Assembly (NCBI GenBank): GCA_051439605.1
Contig: JBFRWN010000070.1
Location: 1 to 64,000, forward strand
From: Synechococcus sp.
Lineage (GTDB): Bacteria; Cyanobacteriota; Cyanobacteriia; Thermostichales; PCC-7336
Direction of reading: 5' to 3'
Length of the DNA stretch: 64,000 nt
Below the pieces are notes generated by a model. That model was given only the letters and a program-made list of their open reading frames with translations. It did no database searches and had not been told where the DNA came from. Numbering within the stretch: the stretch's first letter is position 1; each line of letters starts with the position of its first letter. The translations under genes were made by a program, and so were the position numbers. Shown in pieces: positions 8,683 to 18,760 of this stretch.

Positions 8683-9220
8683 CAGCGTCTCGAGTCATCT
8701 TGGATTCAAGCAATTCAAAGAACTGTGCAATCTGCTGCGTTGACTCGATGTGGTAGACAGTTTTGGAATTCCGGACACGCGCGACATAGTCTCGATATTT
8801 CGGCGTTAAATAGGTATGACACAACCATAGAGTGCGATAACTGGTGAGGGAACTCTTCAAGAGCGGGCTACCGTCGGGCCAACCTTCTGGTGGTTTGAAA
8901 AATCCTTTAAACAGCCGTTTGGTGATCCACCAACAATGCACATATATCGGTAGATCGACATAAACGAGAGTGTCTGCCCGATCCAGCCTGGGCCAGAGGG
9001 TTTCTATCGAGCCAAACCCATCAATAATCCATTGGTCAGTCGCCAATATTTCCCCATGCACGCGTTTGTATTCTTCTTCAGGGACTTCAACTCCCCCCGC
9101 TTGATATTGGATTTTGTCCAAGACATGTAAAGGCAAATGGGAGATCGTTGATAATCTCTTACTCAAGGTTGATTTCCCCCCTCCTGCATTACCAAACACG
9201 GCTACTTTTTTCACACCCAC
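8666..9220 (-). CDS. Adenylate kinase-like / FlaR (topology modulation) P-loop protein
   Basis: VAVFGNAGGGKSTLS Walker A, WIIDGFG and RADTLVYVDLP. Confidence 0.85.
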   Translation of the reverse strand: MGVKKVAVFGNAGGGKSTLSKRLSTISHLPLHVLDKIQYQAGGVEVPEEEYKRVHGEILATDQWIIDGFGSIETLWPRLDRADTLVYVDLPIYVHCWWITKRLFKGFFKPPEGWPDGSPLLKSSLTSYRTLWLCHTYLTPKYRDYVARVRNSKTVYHIESTQQIAQFFELLESKMTRDADGNRI

Positions 9221-9551
9221 CTTCCTGATACATCAGCTCAAGCCTGTAAGTCTAACTTTTTTAGCAGAACTGACGGAATCTATCTTTGTAGAGCAATCGA
9301 ATCACGAATCGAGCTGCCGCCAGCTGATGAGGTAATACTTGACTTCCCCGCGCGCTTCGCAGCTTGTCTTCGTTCTACAACCCATTTTGTATGTTGTGCA
9401 GGGTGGAACACGCAATAGGGAATCCGACCTTCATCAGAATTTAAAGCTGCAGGTTACTCCTGACAACTGGGTCATGCGACAAAAGTGAATTAGAGTCTGC
9501 AAGAATTAGATTCAGCAAATCTTGCTTGCAAGCCAGGACAGCTAATATTGT

Positions 9552-11504
9552 TTATTCTTTTGCCTTGATAAACCAAAGATTCCATTCTCCTTCAGTATCA
9601 ATCAAACTACCTTCCAGATCGGGATGCCAGCTCTTACGGCTTAGGATGTAATCTGCACCATAATGATTTCCAATATCAACCAGTTCTGTACTCGAATGAT
9701 CTTGGTATGCACGATCTAGATCTGCTGGGACTGTACCCAAGATAGTTTGGTATCTATCCCGCCACTCCATCATTCCGCGATCAGTAAAAGGGAAGCTCTT
9801 GAAAGTAAAGACTAACGACCTCTGTGAGAAATAGCGAAATTCTTCATCTGAGGGAGGTACCAATACTAATGCATCGGGATGGCTGTTTGCATTGAACCTA
9901 CGAGCAATTCTAATTAATTCATTGTCATTGTCTCTTGGAAATTTAAAGGACATTTTAAAAGTGCTGAGTTCATGAGGTGGTAAAGCTTGAAAATATCCAA
10001 GAATAAGAAAGGATGATAGTGCAATAGATGCAGAAGCAAAGAATATATTTCGCAACAAATTACTGTGCAGTATTTTCTGGAACAGGAATGGAGAAATTAC
10101 GGCGGCAAAAATGAAGAATCTTTGGTGTTTAAATAGAACCATAAACACAATATAAACAATACAAGATACTATGAATATGGTTATTTCTTTTCTACTTGAG
10201 GAGCTACCTTTGTAACGATCGCTCAATATAAGCTGACAAAGGCTGAACTGCACGACCAATAAGACCGTCAAATAAATTGCATTTATATTTAAAATAGTGA
10301 AAGGCACAAAAAGTATGGTACTTATCAAAAACTCATAGTATTTGAGTTTTCTAGACTGCTTATAAGCATTCAACAACAGAAGAAATACAGGTAGAGTAAA
10401 AGAGCCGTAATTGACAGTAATTGACATCAGGCCTAATAAAAGTATTGGCCAGGATTTATGCTCTGAAGGTGCATCCTGAAATAACGATCCAAAAATAATT
10501 AATGCAAATACTTTTAGAAAGGGAGTAACTCTAGCTAGTTGCATCTTTGCAACTAAAGAGATTGGAATGAGCTCTACAAAAATGTATCCACTAGCTAATA
10601 TTAGAGAACCACACAGAAGTAAGATAAAGAAATCAAGCTTATTCTCTCTTGAGAAAGTGCTAGACATCTTCAAGGCAATTGCTGTACTTAGAAAAAAGCT
10701 AAAAAGACTCAACCACTTTTTCAATCCGAACCAAGAAAATATAATATGATGAGAATGTCTAACGTATCCGTAAAGGAAAATAAAATCTTGACTATCAATT
10801 AGCTCGCTACTTGTCCCGCCAAGAAATTTCATTGGCAGATAGACTGAAAGAACAAAGGCAAACAATATGGTGACTGGTGTAAATATCTTATAGATATCTT
10901 TTTTTAAAAAGGCATCCTTGCATAACAGAGGTACGAATAAAAGCCCTGGGATGAAACCCACAAGGATTTGCATAAAACATGAAATGCTAAACAATAAATA
11001 TCCTGTATTCCATTTCTTCTGAAAACAATAATATATCCCCCAGATTGAGATGCCCATTGCATAGATAGCTGGTATTGGCTCTATTCTATAAATATCCACA
11101 TAACCAATAGTTCCGTCACTGACGGATAGAAATAGGAAGAGGAGTATTGCAGATGAAAATTCAGATACATAGAAAAGCTTGCCTATAGCTCGAACGGCTA
11201 GCGAAAAAGAAAAAAATGAAGCGATAAAGTATGCAAAAAGTGTTCCAGTTAGGCTGGCACCGAGCTTGGCAGGCAAGTAAATTAAACTATAGTAGTAAAA
11301 TCTAGGAGTAAATCCACCCATTTCTTGGATGTAGAAATCTTGGTTGTATAGTGACCGATCCAACCAAGAGTCAATCACAGGCATTTGATTGTATAGATTA
11401 CTTGATGTCAGTTTGAATCCGTAAGCTAGTAAAGTTATTAATAACCAGTAAATGATAGCTGGCGAGACTACGATTTTCTTTATGTTCGTAGATAAATTGC
11501 TCAT
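9552..11504 (-). CDS. Polytopic membrane protein (DUF6798-like; possible GT-C/polysaccharide-related)
   Basis: 650 aa with many TM helices, TPRFYY, RHSHH and FRYFSQRSLVFTFKSFPF..EWRDR. Very AT-rich. Confidence 0.7.
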   Translation of the reverse strand: MSNLSTNIKKIVVSPAIIYWLLITLLAYGFKLTSSNLYNQMPVIDSWLDRSLYNQDFYIQEMGGFTPRFYYYSLIYLPAKLGASLTGTLFAYFIASFFSFSLAVRAIGKLFYVSEFSSAILLFLFLSVSDGTIGYVDIYRIEPIPAIYAMGISIWGIYYCFQKKWNTGYLLFSISCFMQILVGFIPGLLFVPLLCKDAFLKKDIYKIFTPVTILFAFVLSVYLPMKFLGGTSSELIDSQDFIFLYGYVRHSHHIIFSWFGLKKWLSLFSFFLSTAIALKMSSTFSRENKLDFFILLLCGSLILASGYIFVELIPISLVAKMQLARVTPFLKVFALIIFGSLFQDAPSEHKSWPILLLGLMSITVNYGSFTLPVFLLLLNAYKQSRKLKYYEFLISTILFVPFTILNINAIYLTVLLVVQFSLCQLILSDRYKGSSSSRKEITIFIVSCIVYIVFMVLFKHQRFFIFAAVISPFLFQKILHSNLLRNIFFASASIALSSFLILGYFQALPPHELSTFKMSFKFPRDNDNELIRIARRFNANSHPDALVLVPPSDEEFRYFSQRSLVFTFKSFPFTDRGMMEWRDRYQTILGTVPADLDRAYQDHSSTELVDIGNHYGADYILSRKSWHPDLEGSLIDTEGEWNLWFIKAKE

Positions 11505-11821
11505 ACTTTCTTCTGATGAGAGATGTTATTGTTGGTCTTCCTACTGTTCTTCTTTTCGAATCGCAGCGACGTTTGCCATTGTAGTCTTAGGGATTGCCAT
11601 CGCTAGGATGTTATTTAGAAGACAGTTCAGACCTCGATCGCTCAACAGATATGTTCTATGCTTCTGTTTATAATGTGCTGAATCCATTTGCAATTCCATC
11701 GCTTTTGTTGGAGCAACTTTATCCTGACGATAGGCCTTTAGACCACAAGCGCAGTTTTTTCTGGATGGAGGATTTTGAAAGAGAAGTTACGAGGATGAGT
11801 GGTTGAGTCACGGTCTGTCTC

Positions 11822-12910
11822 CTATCCTCGATTGGAGGAGATGAGGGCCAGTTGTCTCTGTTCGGCGACTTCAAGCCAGTCACCACTTTGGTGAGCCAGT
11901 AACGGTTGGTGCAGCAGCGGATAGCCGCGATCGCGTTCCCATCGGTCAAGGTCCGGCACTGGTGTCAGCATCGTCTTCGCCATTAGGTACACCGCATACC
12001 CTTTACTGCCGATCTTGAGGCCTGGAAAGACTAGTTTTGGATTGTGGATATAGCGGCGAGCTGTTATCTCAAAATCCTCTGCAGGGCGATCGCATACTTG
12101 CTCAACGCAATCGGTTGGAGCTCCAACGGCATAGGCTCCCGCTCTCAGCTCCTCGACGTAATGGCGAATTTGGGCAACTTCGAAGTTCGAGAATCCCAAG
12201 GCCAAGGCCGCCTTTGCGAACATCCGCGTAGAGACTTTTTGGTAGCGCACCTGGCGTTCTAGAATCTGTCCGAAAATTGCCGCAACATCGTGCCCGGAGA
12301 TGAGTTGCGGTCCAGTGGGCCGATAGACTTTGCCGATATGGTTCTCAGGATGGGCAAGCACCCCTGCGGCGATGGACGCAATATCCTCGTTGGAGGGGGG
12401 CGCATTTAAGCCCTCTCCAAACGGAAGCATGAGCCGCCCGAAGTGAGCTGCTGCCGATAGCCCAAAGAAATAGGTGAAGGCGAACACCCCCGGATTGATA
12501 TGAATGACATCTACTGTTGGCATCCACTTGTGGATGTTGTTGGCGATCCAGTGTTCCCGCTGGTGGATAGACGGGTGGGTTGGGTGTGGATTCCATGCCG
12601 TTAAGATGGCCGCAACCTCTAAGCTGGCTTCCTCAGCTGCAAGAGCAAACAGCATGGAGCCGTGCAAGAGGTTGGGGGCAAATGGCAAACAGTAGTAAGC
12701 CCGCTGAACTCCTACCAGAGCCCGACGCAGATCGCGGATATCGAACAGATCGCCGACAAACACGTCAGCTCCAGCCTGTTTAAGACGCTCTGAACGAGCA
12801 TCGCGACGGCGTACGAAGGCTCGGACGGGAAAACCCTGTTCTAGAAGTTGGATTGCTAGGACCATTCCGGTGTGCCCAGCAGCGCAGGTGACGAGGATTT
12901 TAGACTTCAC
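11822..12910 (-). CDS. NmrA-family NAD(P)-binding oxidoreductase
   Basis: KILVTCAAGHTG..VRAFVRR..GADVFVGDL. GTG start at 12910 is preceded by the SD AAGGAGGAG. Confidence 0.88.
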   Translation of the reverse strand: MKSKILVTCAAGHTGMVLAIQLLEQGFPVRAFVRRRDARSERLKQAGADVFVGDLFDIRDLRRALVGVQRAYYCLPFAPNLLHGSMLFALAAEEASLEVAAILTAWNPHPTHPSIHQREHWIANNIHKWMPTVDVIHINPGVFAFTYFFGLSAAAHFGRLMLPFGEGLNAPPSNEDIASIAAGVLAHPENHIGKVYRPTGPQLISGHDVAAIFGQILERQVRYQKVSTRMFAKAALALGFSNFEVAQIRHYVEELRAGAYAVGAPTDCVEQVCDRPAEDFEITARRYIHNPKLVFPGLKIGSKGYAVYLMAKTMLTPVPDLDRWERDRGYPLLHQPLLAHQSGDWLEVAEQRQLALISSNRG

Positions 12911-12929
12911 AGGCTCCTCCTTGGAAATT

Positions 12930-12943
12930 GTTGTACATACAAC
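12930..12943. promoter_or_regulatory. Putative MarR operator upstream of the nmrA-like gene
   Basis: Palindrome GTTGTA-CA-TACAAC; a near-identical copy lies upstream of marR. Confidence 0.65.
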
Positions 12944-12966
12944 TATGCGACCAAAAAAACACCCGA

Positions 12967-13431
12967 TTAGCTGGCGGCTTCTGCCCAAACGCGATCGGCA
13001 GCTTGCAGGAGTTCTGCAGTAGCGTGATCGCCCAGCGTCTCAGTTACCCGATTCTGAGCTTTGCGCCAGTCAGGGGCTGCATCCTGCAGCAGTTGCCGTC
13101 CCTGCGGAGTCAATTGCAGCAGTCGAGTATTGCCCTCTTCCCCCGGTTGGCTGCTCAACCAGCCATTCTTCTCCATGACAGCCACATTGCGGCTCAGGGT
13201 GGATTTCTCCAGGGAAAGTCTTCGCCCCACGTCTACAGGCTGTACAGGGCCGTAAAGGGCCACCACGGTCAGGATGTTCATTTGAGAGAACTTGAGCCCG
13301 TGGGGACGGATGGCATCGTCGTAAATGCGAGAGATGGTGCGGTTCAACATACGAACGCGGGCACCGACGCATTCTGAGGCGATCGTCTGGGCAATCTGAG
13401 TGACGTCTTGGGACTGGCATTCTTGGCTCAT
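12967..13431 (-). CDS. MarR-family transcriptional regulator
   Basis: CVGARVRMLNRTISRIYDDAIRPHGLKFSQMNIL..LEKSTLSRNV..LTPQG. Likely start is ATG 13431. Confidence 0.9.
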   Translation of the reverse strand: MSQECQSQDVTQIAQTIASECVGARVRMLNRTISRIYDDAIRPHGLKFSQMNILTVVALYGPVQPVDVGRRLSLEKSTLSRNVAVMEKNGWLSSQPGEEGNTRLLQLTPQGRQLLQDAAPDWRKAQNRVTETLGDHATAELLQAADRVWAEAAS

Positions 13432-13438
13432 AGCTAAA

Positions 13439-13450
13439 TTGTATATACAA
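13439..13450. promoter_or_regulatory. Putative MarR operator (autoregulatory)
   Basis: Perfect palindrome TTGTATATACAA 7 nt upstream of the marR ATG. Confidence 0.65.
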
Positions 13451-13537
13451 CTCATATTGAATATCAAGTGAGGAATCTGGGTAGAGGTTAAGAAGTGTGT
13501 GAGATATTGCTCCTGGCTTTGCCAATTGCCCTCCAAT

Positions 13538-13791
13538 ATTGATATTGTCCCCCCTCCCAAAGCTTCGGTGAATTGGCCGAGAAAGCCAGCGATTACATCG
13601 CCGCTGGAGTTGAGCGAGTTTGGCTCGTCGATCCCAGAGCCCAATCCATCACCGTTTTTGCCCCAAAGTCTGTCCCTGTGACCTATCGCAGCGATCGCCC
13701 CATTTCTGACCCTATCCTTCCGGAGCTGGAACTTTCAGCTCAGCAGATATTCACCAGAGCAGGCTTGCCCCAACAAAGACATAGCTATTGA
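13538..13791 (+). pseudogene. Uma2-family (PDDEXK) endonuclease C-terminal remnant
   Basis: IDIVP / frameshift / SQSFGELAEKASDYIAAGVERVWLVDP..ILPELELSAQQIF; the N-terminal half is missing. Confidence 0.8.
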
Positions 13792-13886
13792 GTAGCTTGG
13801 AAAATGAGAAAAATGACTGAGTGATAGAACTGATTCCACAAGCAACAACCTCACTCTGTAACGTTGTCCAGGTAGGCGACTTTGTT

Positions 13887-14630
13887 CTAGCTCTGCTGTT
13901 TGGCAAATTCGCGATAAACAGCCGACACTCCGACTCGGGAGAAATAGCTTAACCAGCTGACAATACCGATTAGCTTAGCCCCATCCTCAAACAGCAGACT
14001 CATGTCACTTGGAACAAGCAAGACATCTAATACAAGCGACCCGCAAAAAAATACTAGTGACATGCCAAGCAAAATGTAGTCGGTCTTGAGGATGGTTGAG
14101 AAAAACTTAGTCACGTATCCAAGAATTAGTCCAACATAAGTAATCAAGACAATTTTCTGAGGTATTCCTATGTGAGGGAAAAACCATTCGTGAAGCTGAA
14201 AAAGATCGTCAAGGCCGAGCAGTAACGTCAGTAGACCAGAAACAAAGAAAAATGGTTTAAGTCGAAGGCTATCTGGAAACCTTGATATGAGTTTGGCCGA
14301 AAACATACAAACGCCAGCTGCTGCAGCCCAAATGAAAATGCCAATCTGAGACAGAAAACCGCTGTAAGCAGGAACTCTACCAATGGCTGTGACATCGCGA
14401 GTTAACCCGCCAAACGAAGTACCTGTCTCAGCGTGCAACAACAACACGATGCCAATTAGGATGGCTGAGATCAATAAGTTCAGACAGATAGAAAATCTAA
14501 TCGATTTGATTTGAACGCGCAAAGGAAATATCGCTGTTTTGCCTGCAACCATATGCCACGAATCCTCTTGTGAAATGACTAGCCTGGCCTGACCTCCCTG
14601 TAGCGAGAAAGCATTGCTAGGCGGTAGCAA
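13887..14630 (-). CDS. Hypothetical multi-pass membrane protein
   Basis: About 7 hydrophobic helices, LDDLFQLHE and FEDGAKLIG motifs. Start is uncertain. Confidence 0.7.
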   Translation of the reverse strand: MLPPSNAFSLQGGQARLVISQEDSWHMVAGKTAIFPLRVQIKSIRFSICLNLLISAILIGIVLLLHAETGTSFGGLTRDVTAIGRVPAYSGFLSQIGIFIWAAAAGVCMFSAKLISRFPDSLRLKPFFFVSGLLTLLLGLDDLFQLHEWFFPHIGIPQKIVLITYVGLILGYVTKFFSTILKTDYILLGMSLVFFCGSLVLDVLLVPSDMSLLFEDGAKLIGIVSWLSYFSRVGVSAVYREFAKQQS

Positions 14631-14742
14631 CGCGGCGGCATGTCAGTAAAAACACTTAGTAGATTGCACTCATCTTAATCTTATCTTGTATAAATGCATA
14701 ACCTATCCTTAAACTTTTACGCCTGCTAAAGATTTTCATTGC

Positions 14743-14773
14743 AAAAAAATGGGAACCGCTGCAGGAGGTTCCC
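14743..14773 (-). terminator. Intrinsic terminator after the transketolase-like gene
   Basis: GGGAACC..GGTTCCC stem preceded by an A-run on + (a U-run on -). Confidence 0.8.
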
Positions 14774-14807
14774 AAAAAATCAATTAATTTCGGTATTCGT
14801 TCGCACG

Positions 14808-16709
14808 TTAGCCGACCAGCTCCTTTACCTTAGCCATAATGCCAACGGGGTCGATGCCTTGGTGGGGGAACTGCTCCCACAGGCCACCGCAGCCCTCTTC
14901 GTGGGTGCCCAAGTAAGCGAACTTAGGAGTCAAACCACGCTCCAACAACCAAGAGCCGTAGCGGCTACCCAGACCGGTGCGACGGTTGAAGGCTTCCACC
15001 ACGATGACGAACGGAGAATTGCCTACTTTGGCGATCGCCTCTTCATCCACCACATTCAACGTGGACTTGTTAATCAAACCGACATCAATACCTTCTTGCT
15101 TGAGACGCTCCACTGCATCCAAAGCGCGATAGACAGCATCGCCAAAGGCGACAATGTAACCAGCGGTTCCTTCGCGAATGACCTCGTCCTTGCCTGGGGT
15201 AAAGGTGTAATCTCCCCCAAACATCTCGTTGCCGCTCTCGTCCAGCAGCATCGGCACCTTAGAGCGAGTGGAGAAGATGAAGCGCATGCCAGGGTTGTGG
15301 AAGACCGATTTGACACAAGCCTTCATTTGGTTGGCATCGGCGGGGAAGTAGAGGCGAGTTTCGTAGCCGTCATCCAAGCCATTGTCAGCAAACATGTTGT
15401 TGATACCGAAGTGGCAGGTGTTATCAGCCATGTCGTCGATACCGGCGTGGGAGAAGTGGCACAGCAGATTCGAGTTGTTCAGCCGAGCCATGGTGATTTC
15501 GGAAATGCACATTTCCAAAAAGGCACTGAAAGTGGCGAAGATACCTTGCTTGCCCTCTGTCATCCCAAAACCAGCTGCTGCAGATAGGTTGCCTCGCTCT
15601 TGAATACCGCCGCTGACAAATACCTCGGGGTGGGCCTGACGGATGTGCTGCAGGCCGCAGGAGCCTTCTAGGTCGCTGTCTACTACGAGAACGCTATCCT
15701 TACGTTCTTGCTCGGACATGCCGCCAAGAACCTCGACAACTGCCTGACCGAAGACGTTGCGGTTAGAGCCGACCTTGTCAGAGGCCCCCATAAAGGTGTA
15801 GGTGTTCTTGGGTTTTTCGATGCCCTTGAGGTGATCTACGGCTGCATCGTGACCTTTGGCGGAGAGGTACTCGATCGCCGCCCCCACAGAAATTACATCG
15901 TGGCCGTGGTTAGAGCCTTCCAATCCCTCGATACCGGGACACATGGGGCGCTTGTTGATCACGGCGATCGGGCCGGGAGTGTTAACAGCTTCGCAAATGC
16001 GGGAATAGAGGCCGCTGACATCTTCACCGTCTCCTTCCAGCACTGTCAGGCCGTGGCCTTCTAGAGTGCGCTTGACGCTGAAACCGGGTAGGTATTTTGA
16101 AGGGTTACCAGCTATGGTGACGTCGTTATCATCAATCAGCAGCTTGACATTTAGGTGCTGGGCCACCGCTAGTCGAGCGGCTTCGGCGTCATTCCCTTCC
16201 TGTTGGGAACCGTCAGACCCCAGGCAGAACACAGTTTTTCCGGGGTTTGCAAAGGCTACGCCGTTGACGTAGGGCCACATGTGGCCAAGACGACCGGAGC
16301 TGAACTTAACGCCGGGGGTCAGGCCCAATTCGGGGTGTCCGGGCAGTTTGGAGTCCGCTAACCGATAACTCATTAACTGCTCGGCGGGCATAGACCCTTC
16401 CAGTACGGACATCAGGTACTGGGTGCCGACGCGGTGTCCGGCTTCGTCGAAGTAAATGGGGACAAACGTTTCGGGATTGCCACGGAATAGGGCATCCAAA
16501 ATCATCACTTCGGGCACGGTATCGAAGGGGCCGCCCGTATGACCGCCAACGCCGTGGGCTGCACCAGTCGCGGTAAAAAAGACGATTGCATCGCGGCACA
16601 GCTGAATATTAAATTCCAAAGCCTCTTTCTGATCGGGGGTCAGAGCGTGATTGGCGGGATCGAGGCTGATGGACTTGTATGCACCGAGGTCAATCGGAAA
16701 GGCTGTCAT
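14808..16709 (-). CDS. Transketolase-like ThDP-dependent enzyme (divergent subfamily)
   Basis: GGHTGG, LPGHPE, SGRLG, the ThDP motif SDGSQQEG..DDN, and a C-terminal transketolase domain. Confidence 0.88.
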   Translation of the reverse strand: MTAFPIDLGAYKSISLDPANHALTPDQKEALEFNIQLCRDAIVFFTATGAAHGVGGHTGGPFDTVPEVMILDALFRGNPETFVPIYFDEAGHRVGTQYLMSVLEGSMPAEQLMSYRLADSKLPGHPELGLTPGVKFSSGRLGHMWPYVNGVAFANPGKTVFCLGSDGSQQEGNDAEAARLAVAQHLNVKLLIDDNDVTIAGNPSKYLPGFSVKRTLEGHGLTVLEGDGEDVSGLYSRICEAVNTPGPIAVINKRPMCPGIEGLEGSNHGHDVISVGAAIEYLSAKGHDAAVDHLKGIEKPKNTYTFMGASDKVGSNRNVFGQAVVEVLGGMSEQERKDSVLVVDSDLEGSCGLQHIRQAHPEVFVSGGIQERGNLSAAAGFGMTEGKQGIFATFSAFLEMCISEITMARLNNSNLLCHFSHAGIDDMADNTCHFGINNMFADNGLDDGYETRLYFPADANQMKACVKSVFHNPGMRFIFSTRSKVPMLLDESGNEMFGGDYTFTPGKDEVIREGTAGYIVAFGDAVYRALDAVERLKQEGIDVGLINKSTLNVVDEEAIAKVGNSPFVIVVEAFNRRTGLGSRYGSWLLERGLTPKFAYLGTHEEGCGGLWEQFPHQGIDPVGIMAKVKELVG

Positions 16710-16932
16710 TGAAGAGGTTCCTTGCTTAAAACGGGCAACTTTTCTGTATTCGAGTGTAGGCGTTTGCGATCGCTTATTGGTGTTGCATGGCTAACTCAGG
16801 TGGACACCATAAAACTGGAGGCAGATCCCCTCAAGGAACTTAGAGTTTTAAAAATACTACTTTAGTATTCAGAATCGTCCAAAAGCGATCGGACAAGTCG
16901 CACTTCAACTCTTTATCACGAACCTGCAGAAT

Positions 16933-17715
16933 ATGAAAAATCAAAACTTAGCTCGCCGGTTAAAGACCTTAGACAATGTCTCTCCAAAAAATAAACGCTT
17001 ACTGCTTCTGGCCGGACTGATTGGAGGTGTTCTTGTGGTGGCTGGGAGTTTAGTGGGCGATCGCCCTGAAGTACTTGCAGTCGATAAGCTGATTCATTTT
17101 TCAGCCTACGGTACCCTTGCCGCAGTATTTGTCCTGGCGCTAAACCTGCGCTGGTGCATGTATCCTTTGATTTGGCTGACCCTATTGAGCTGTCTGATTG
17201 AACTCATACAACCGCTCAACACACGTTCGTTTGAGTTGGGAGATGCCATTGCAAATATTGTAGGGGTGATTGCTGGTGCGTCTATTGGATTGGTCATTCG
17301 GTATTGGTACAAGTATTTGAAAACGGAAATGGATGCTGTCCGCATTGAGAAAAATGTCATGACTTTCCCAGCTGGAACCACTTTGGTAGAGGAAGGGCAA
17401 AGGCTAGAATTGTTTTTCACTATCCAGAAGGGGTCGGTAATTCTCTACAAGCAACAAAACGGCAAGCAGGTTGAAGTGACGCGATTAGGGGAAGGCGAGA
17501 TGTTTGGGTTATTGCCTGAAATTTTGAAGGTGCCTCAATATACAACCGTTGTGGCAGAAACTTCCGTGCAAGTCTATCCCATTGATTACGATGTTCTGAT
17601 TCGAGACATAGGAGGTCCTAAACAACCCCTCGGTATTCTCATTATTTCCATGGCGGAAGAAATACGAAAACTCAGTCAAACCGTATCGGAACTGAGAGTG
17701 TCACAAGACCTGTAA
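16933..17715 (+). CDS. VanZ-like membrane domain fused to a cyclic-nucleotide-binding domain
   Basis: VDKLIHFSAYGTL..IELIQPL.TRSFELGDAIANIVG (VanZ) followed by FPAGTTLVEEG..IQKGSV..LGEGEMFG..TTVVAET (cNMP). Confidence 0.85.
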   Translation: MKNQNLARRLKTLDNVSPKNKRLLLLAGLIGGVLVVAGSLVGDRPEVLAVDKLIHFSAYGTLAAVFVLALNLRWCMYPLIWLTLLSCLIELIQPLNTRSFELGDAIANIVGVIAGASIGLVIRYWYKYLKTEMDAVRIEKNVMTFPAGTTLVEEGQRLELFFTIQKGSVILYKQQNGKQVEVTRLGEGEMFGLLPEILKVPQYTTVVAETSVQVYPIDYDVLIRDIGGPKQPLGILIISMAEEIRKLSQTVSELRVSQDL

Positions 17716-17761
17716 TTGACTTGGGTACGCCTATCGAGAGGTTTTGCGATGAGGCGATCGT

Positions 17762-18760
17762 TCATAACCCTCTCTCTTCGATCGACAACACTGCTGCCCC
17801 CCGAATCTGCCCCGATCGCAGTGCTGCCAACGCTTCATTGCCTCGCTCTAACGGAAATACCTGAACATCAGTCTTCACCGGTACTTGAGGCGCAATCTCC
17901 AAGAACTCTTCTCCATCCTTTCGGGTCAGATTTGCCACTGATTTCACCACCCGCTCTCCCCACAGATAGCGGTAGGGAAATGAGGGAATATCGCTCATGT
18001 GAATGCCCGCGCACACCACCGTTCCTCCCTTTGACACTGCCTGTAATGCAGTCGGAACCAACGAGCCTACCGGGGCAAAAATGATTGCTGCATCCAACTT
18101 TGTTGGAGGCGCTTCCTCCGATCCACCTGCCCATGTTGCACCCAGTCGGCGGGCAAAATCCTGCCCCTGGCGATCGCCCGGTCGCGTAAAGGCAAACACC
18201 TCTTTCTTCTGAAAGCGTGCAACTTGAATCAGGATGTGGGCGGCAGCACCAAAGCCGTAGAATCCCAGCCGCTCTGCATCTCCAGTCATCCGTAGGGAAC
18301 GAAAGCCAATCAACCCCGCACAGAGCAGAGGAGCGGCCTGTAGGTCGGGATATCCAGCGGGAATAGGGAAACAGAAATCTGCGTCGGCCACCGCGTATTC
18401 GGCATAACCCCCATCGATTTGATAGCCCGTGAACAGGGCGCGATCGCAGAGATTTTCCCGTTGAGTGCGGCAGTAGGCACAGGTGTGGCAGGTTTGTCCC
18501 AGCCAAGGTACTCCGACGCGATCGCCAACGTTTAGTCCTTTAACGGTGCTGCCCAGGGATTCCACAATGCCGACAATTTGGTGGCCGGGAATCAGAGGAA
18601 GCTTGGGATGCTCTAATTCCCCATCTACGATGTGCAGGTCGGTACGGCAAACACCACAGGCGAGGACCCGTAATAATACTTGCTCGGAGCTCGGAGTAGG
18701 AATGGGGCGCTCGACCAATTGTAGAGGAGCATGAGGGCGATCGAAGATTAGAGCACGCAT
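17762..18760 (-). CDS. Zinc-dependent alcohol dehydrogenase (AdhP/CAD-like)
   Basis: ACGVCRTDLH, PGHQIVG, the structural Zn site CHTCAYC..C, and GFYGFGAAAH. Confidence 0.93.
   Translation of the reverse strand: MRALIFDRPHAPLQLVERPIPTPSSEQVLLRVLACGVCRTDLHIVDGELEHPKLPLIPGHQIVGIVESLGSTVKGLNVGDRVGVPWLGQTCHTCAYCRTQRENLCDRALFTGYQIDGGYAEYAVADADFCFPIPAGYPDLQAAPLLCAGLIGFRSLRMTGDAERLGFYGFGAAAHILIQVARFQKKEVFAFTRPGDRQGQDFARRLGATWAGGSEEAPPTKLDAAIIFAPVGSLVPTALQAVSKGGTVVCAGIHMSDIPSFPYRYLWGERVVKSVANLTRKDGEEFLEIAPQVPVKTDVQVFPLERGNEALAALRSGQIRGAAVLSIEERGL

Noticed and set aside
7519..14630. Integron-like cassette array among the co-oriented island genes
   Set aside because: I found no recurring attC-like or other repeat in the intergenic regions.
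14739..15587. Long antisense or overlapping ORFs (e.g. 282 aa opposite the transketolase-like gene; also 17868-18506 and 29756-30577)
   Set aside because: They are shadows of well-supported genes and have no recognisable motifs.
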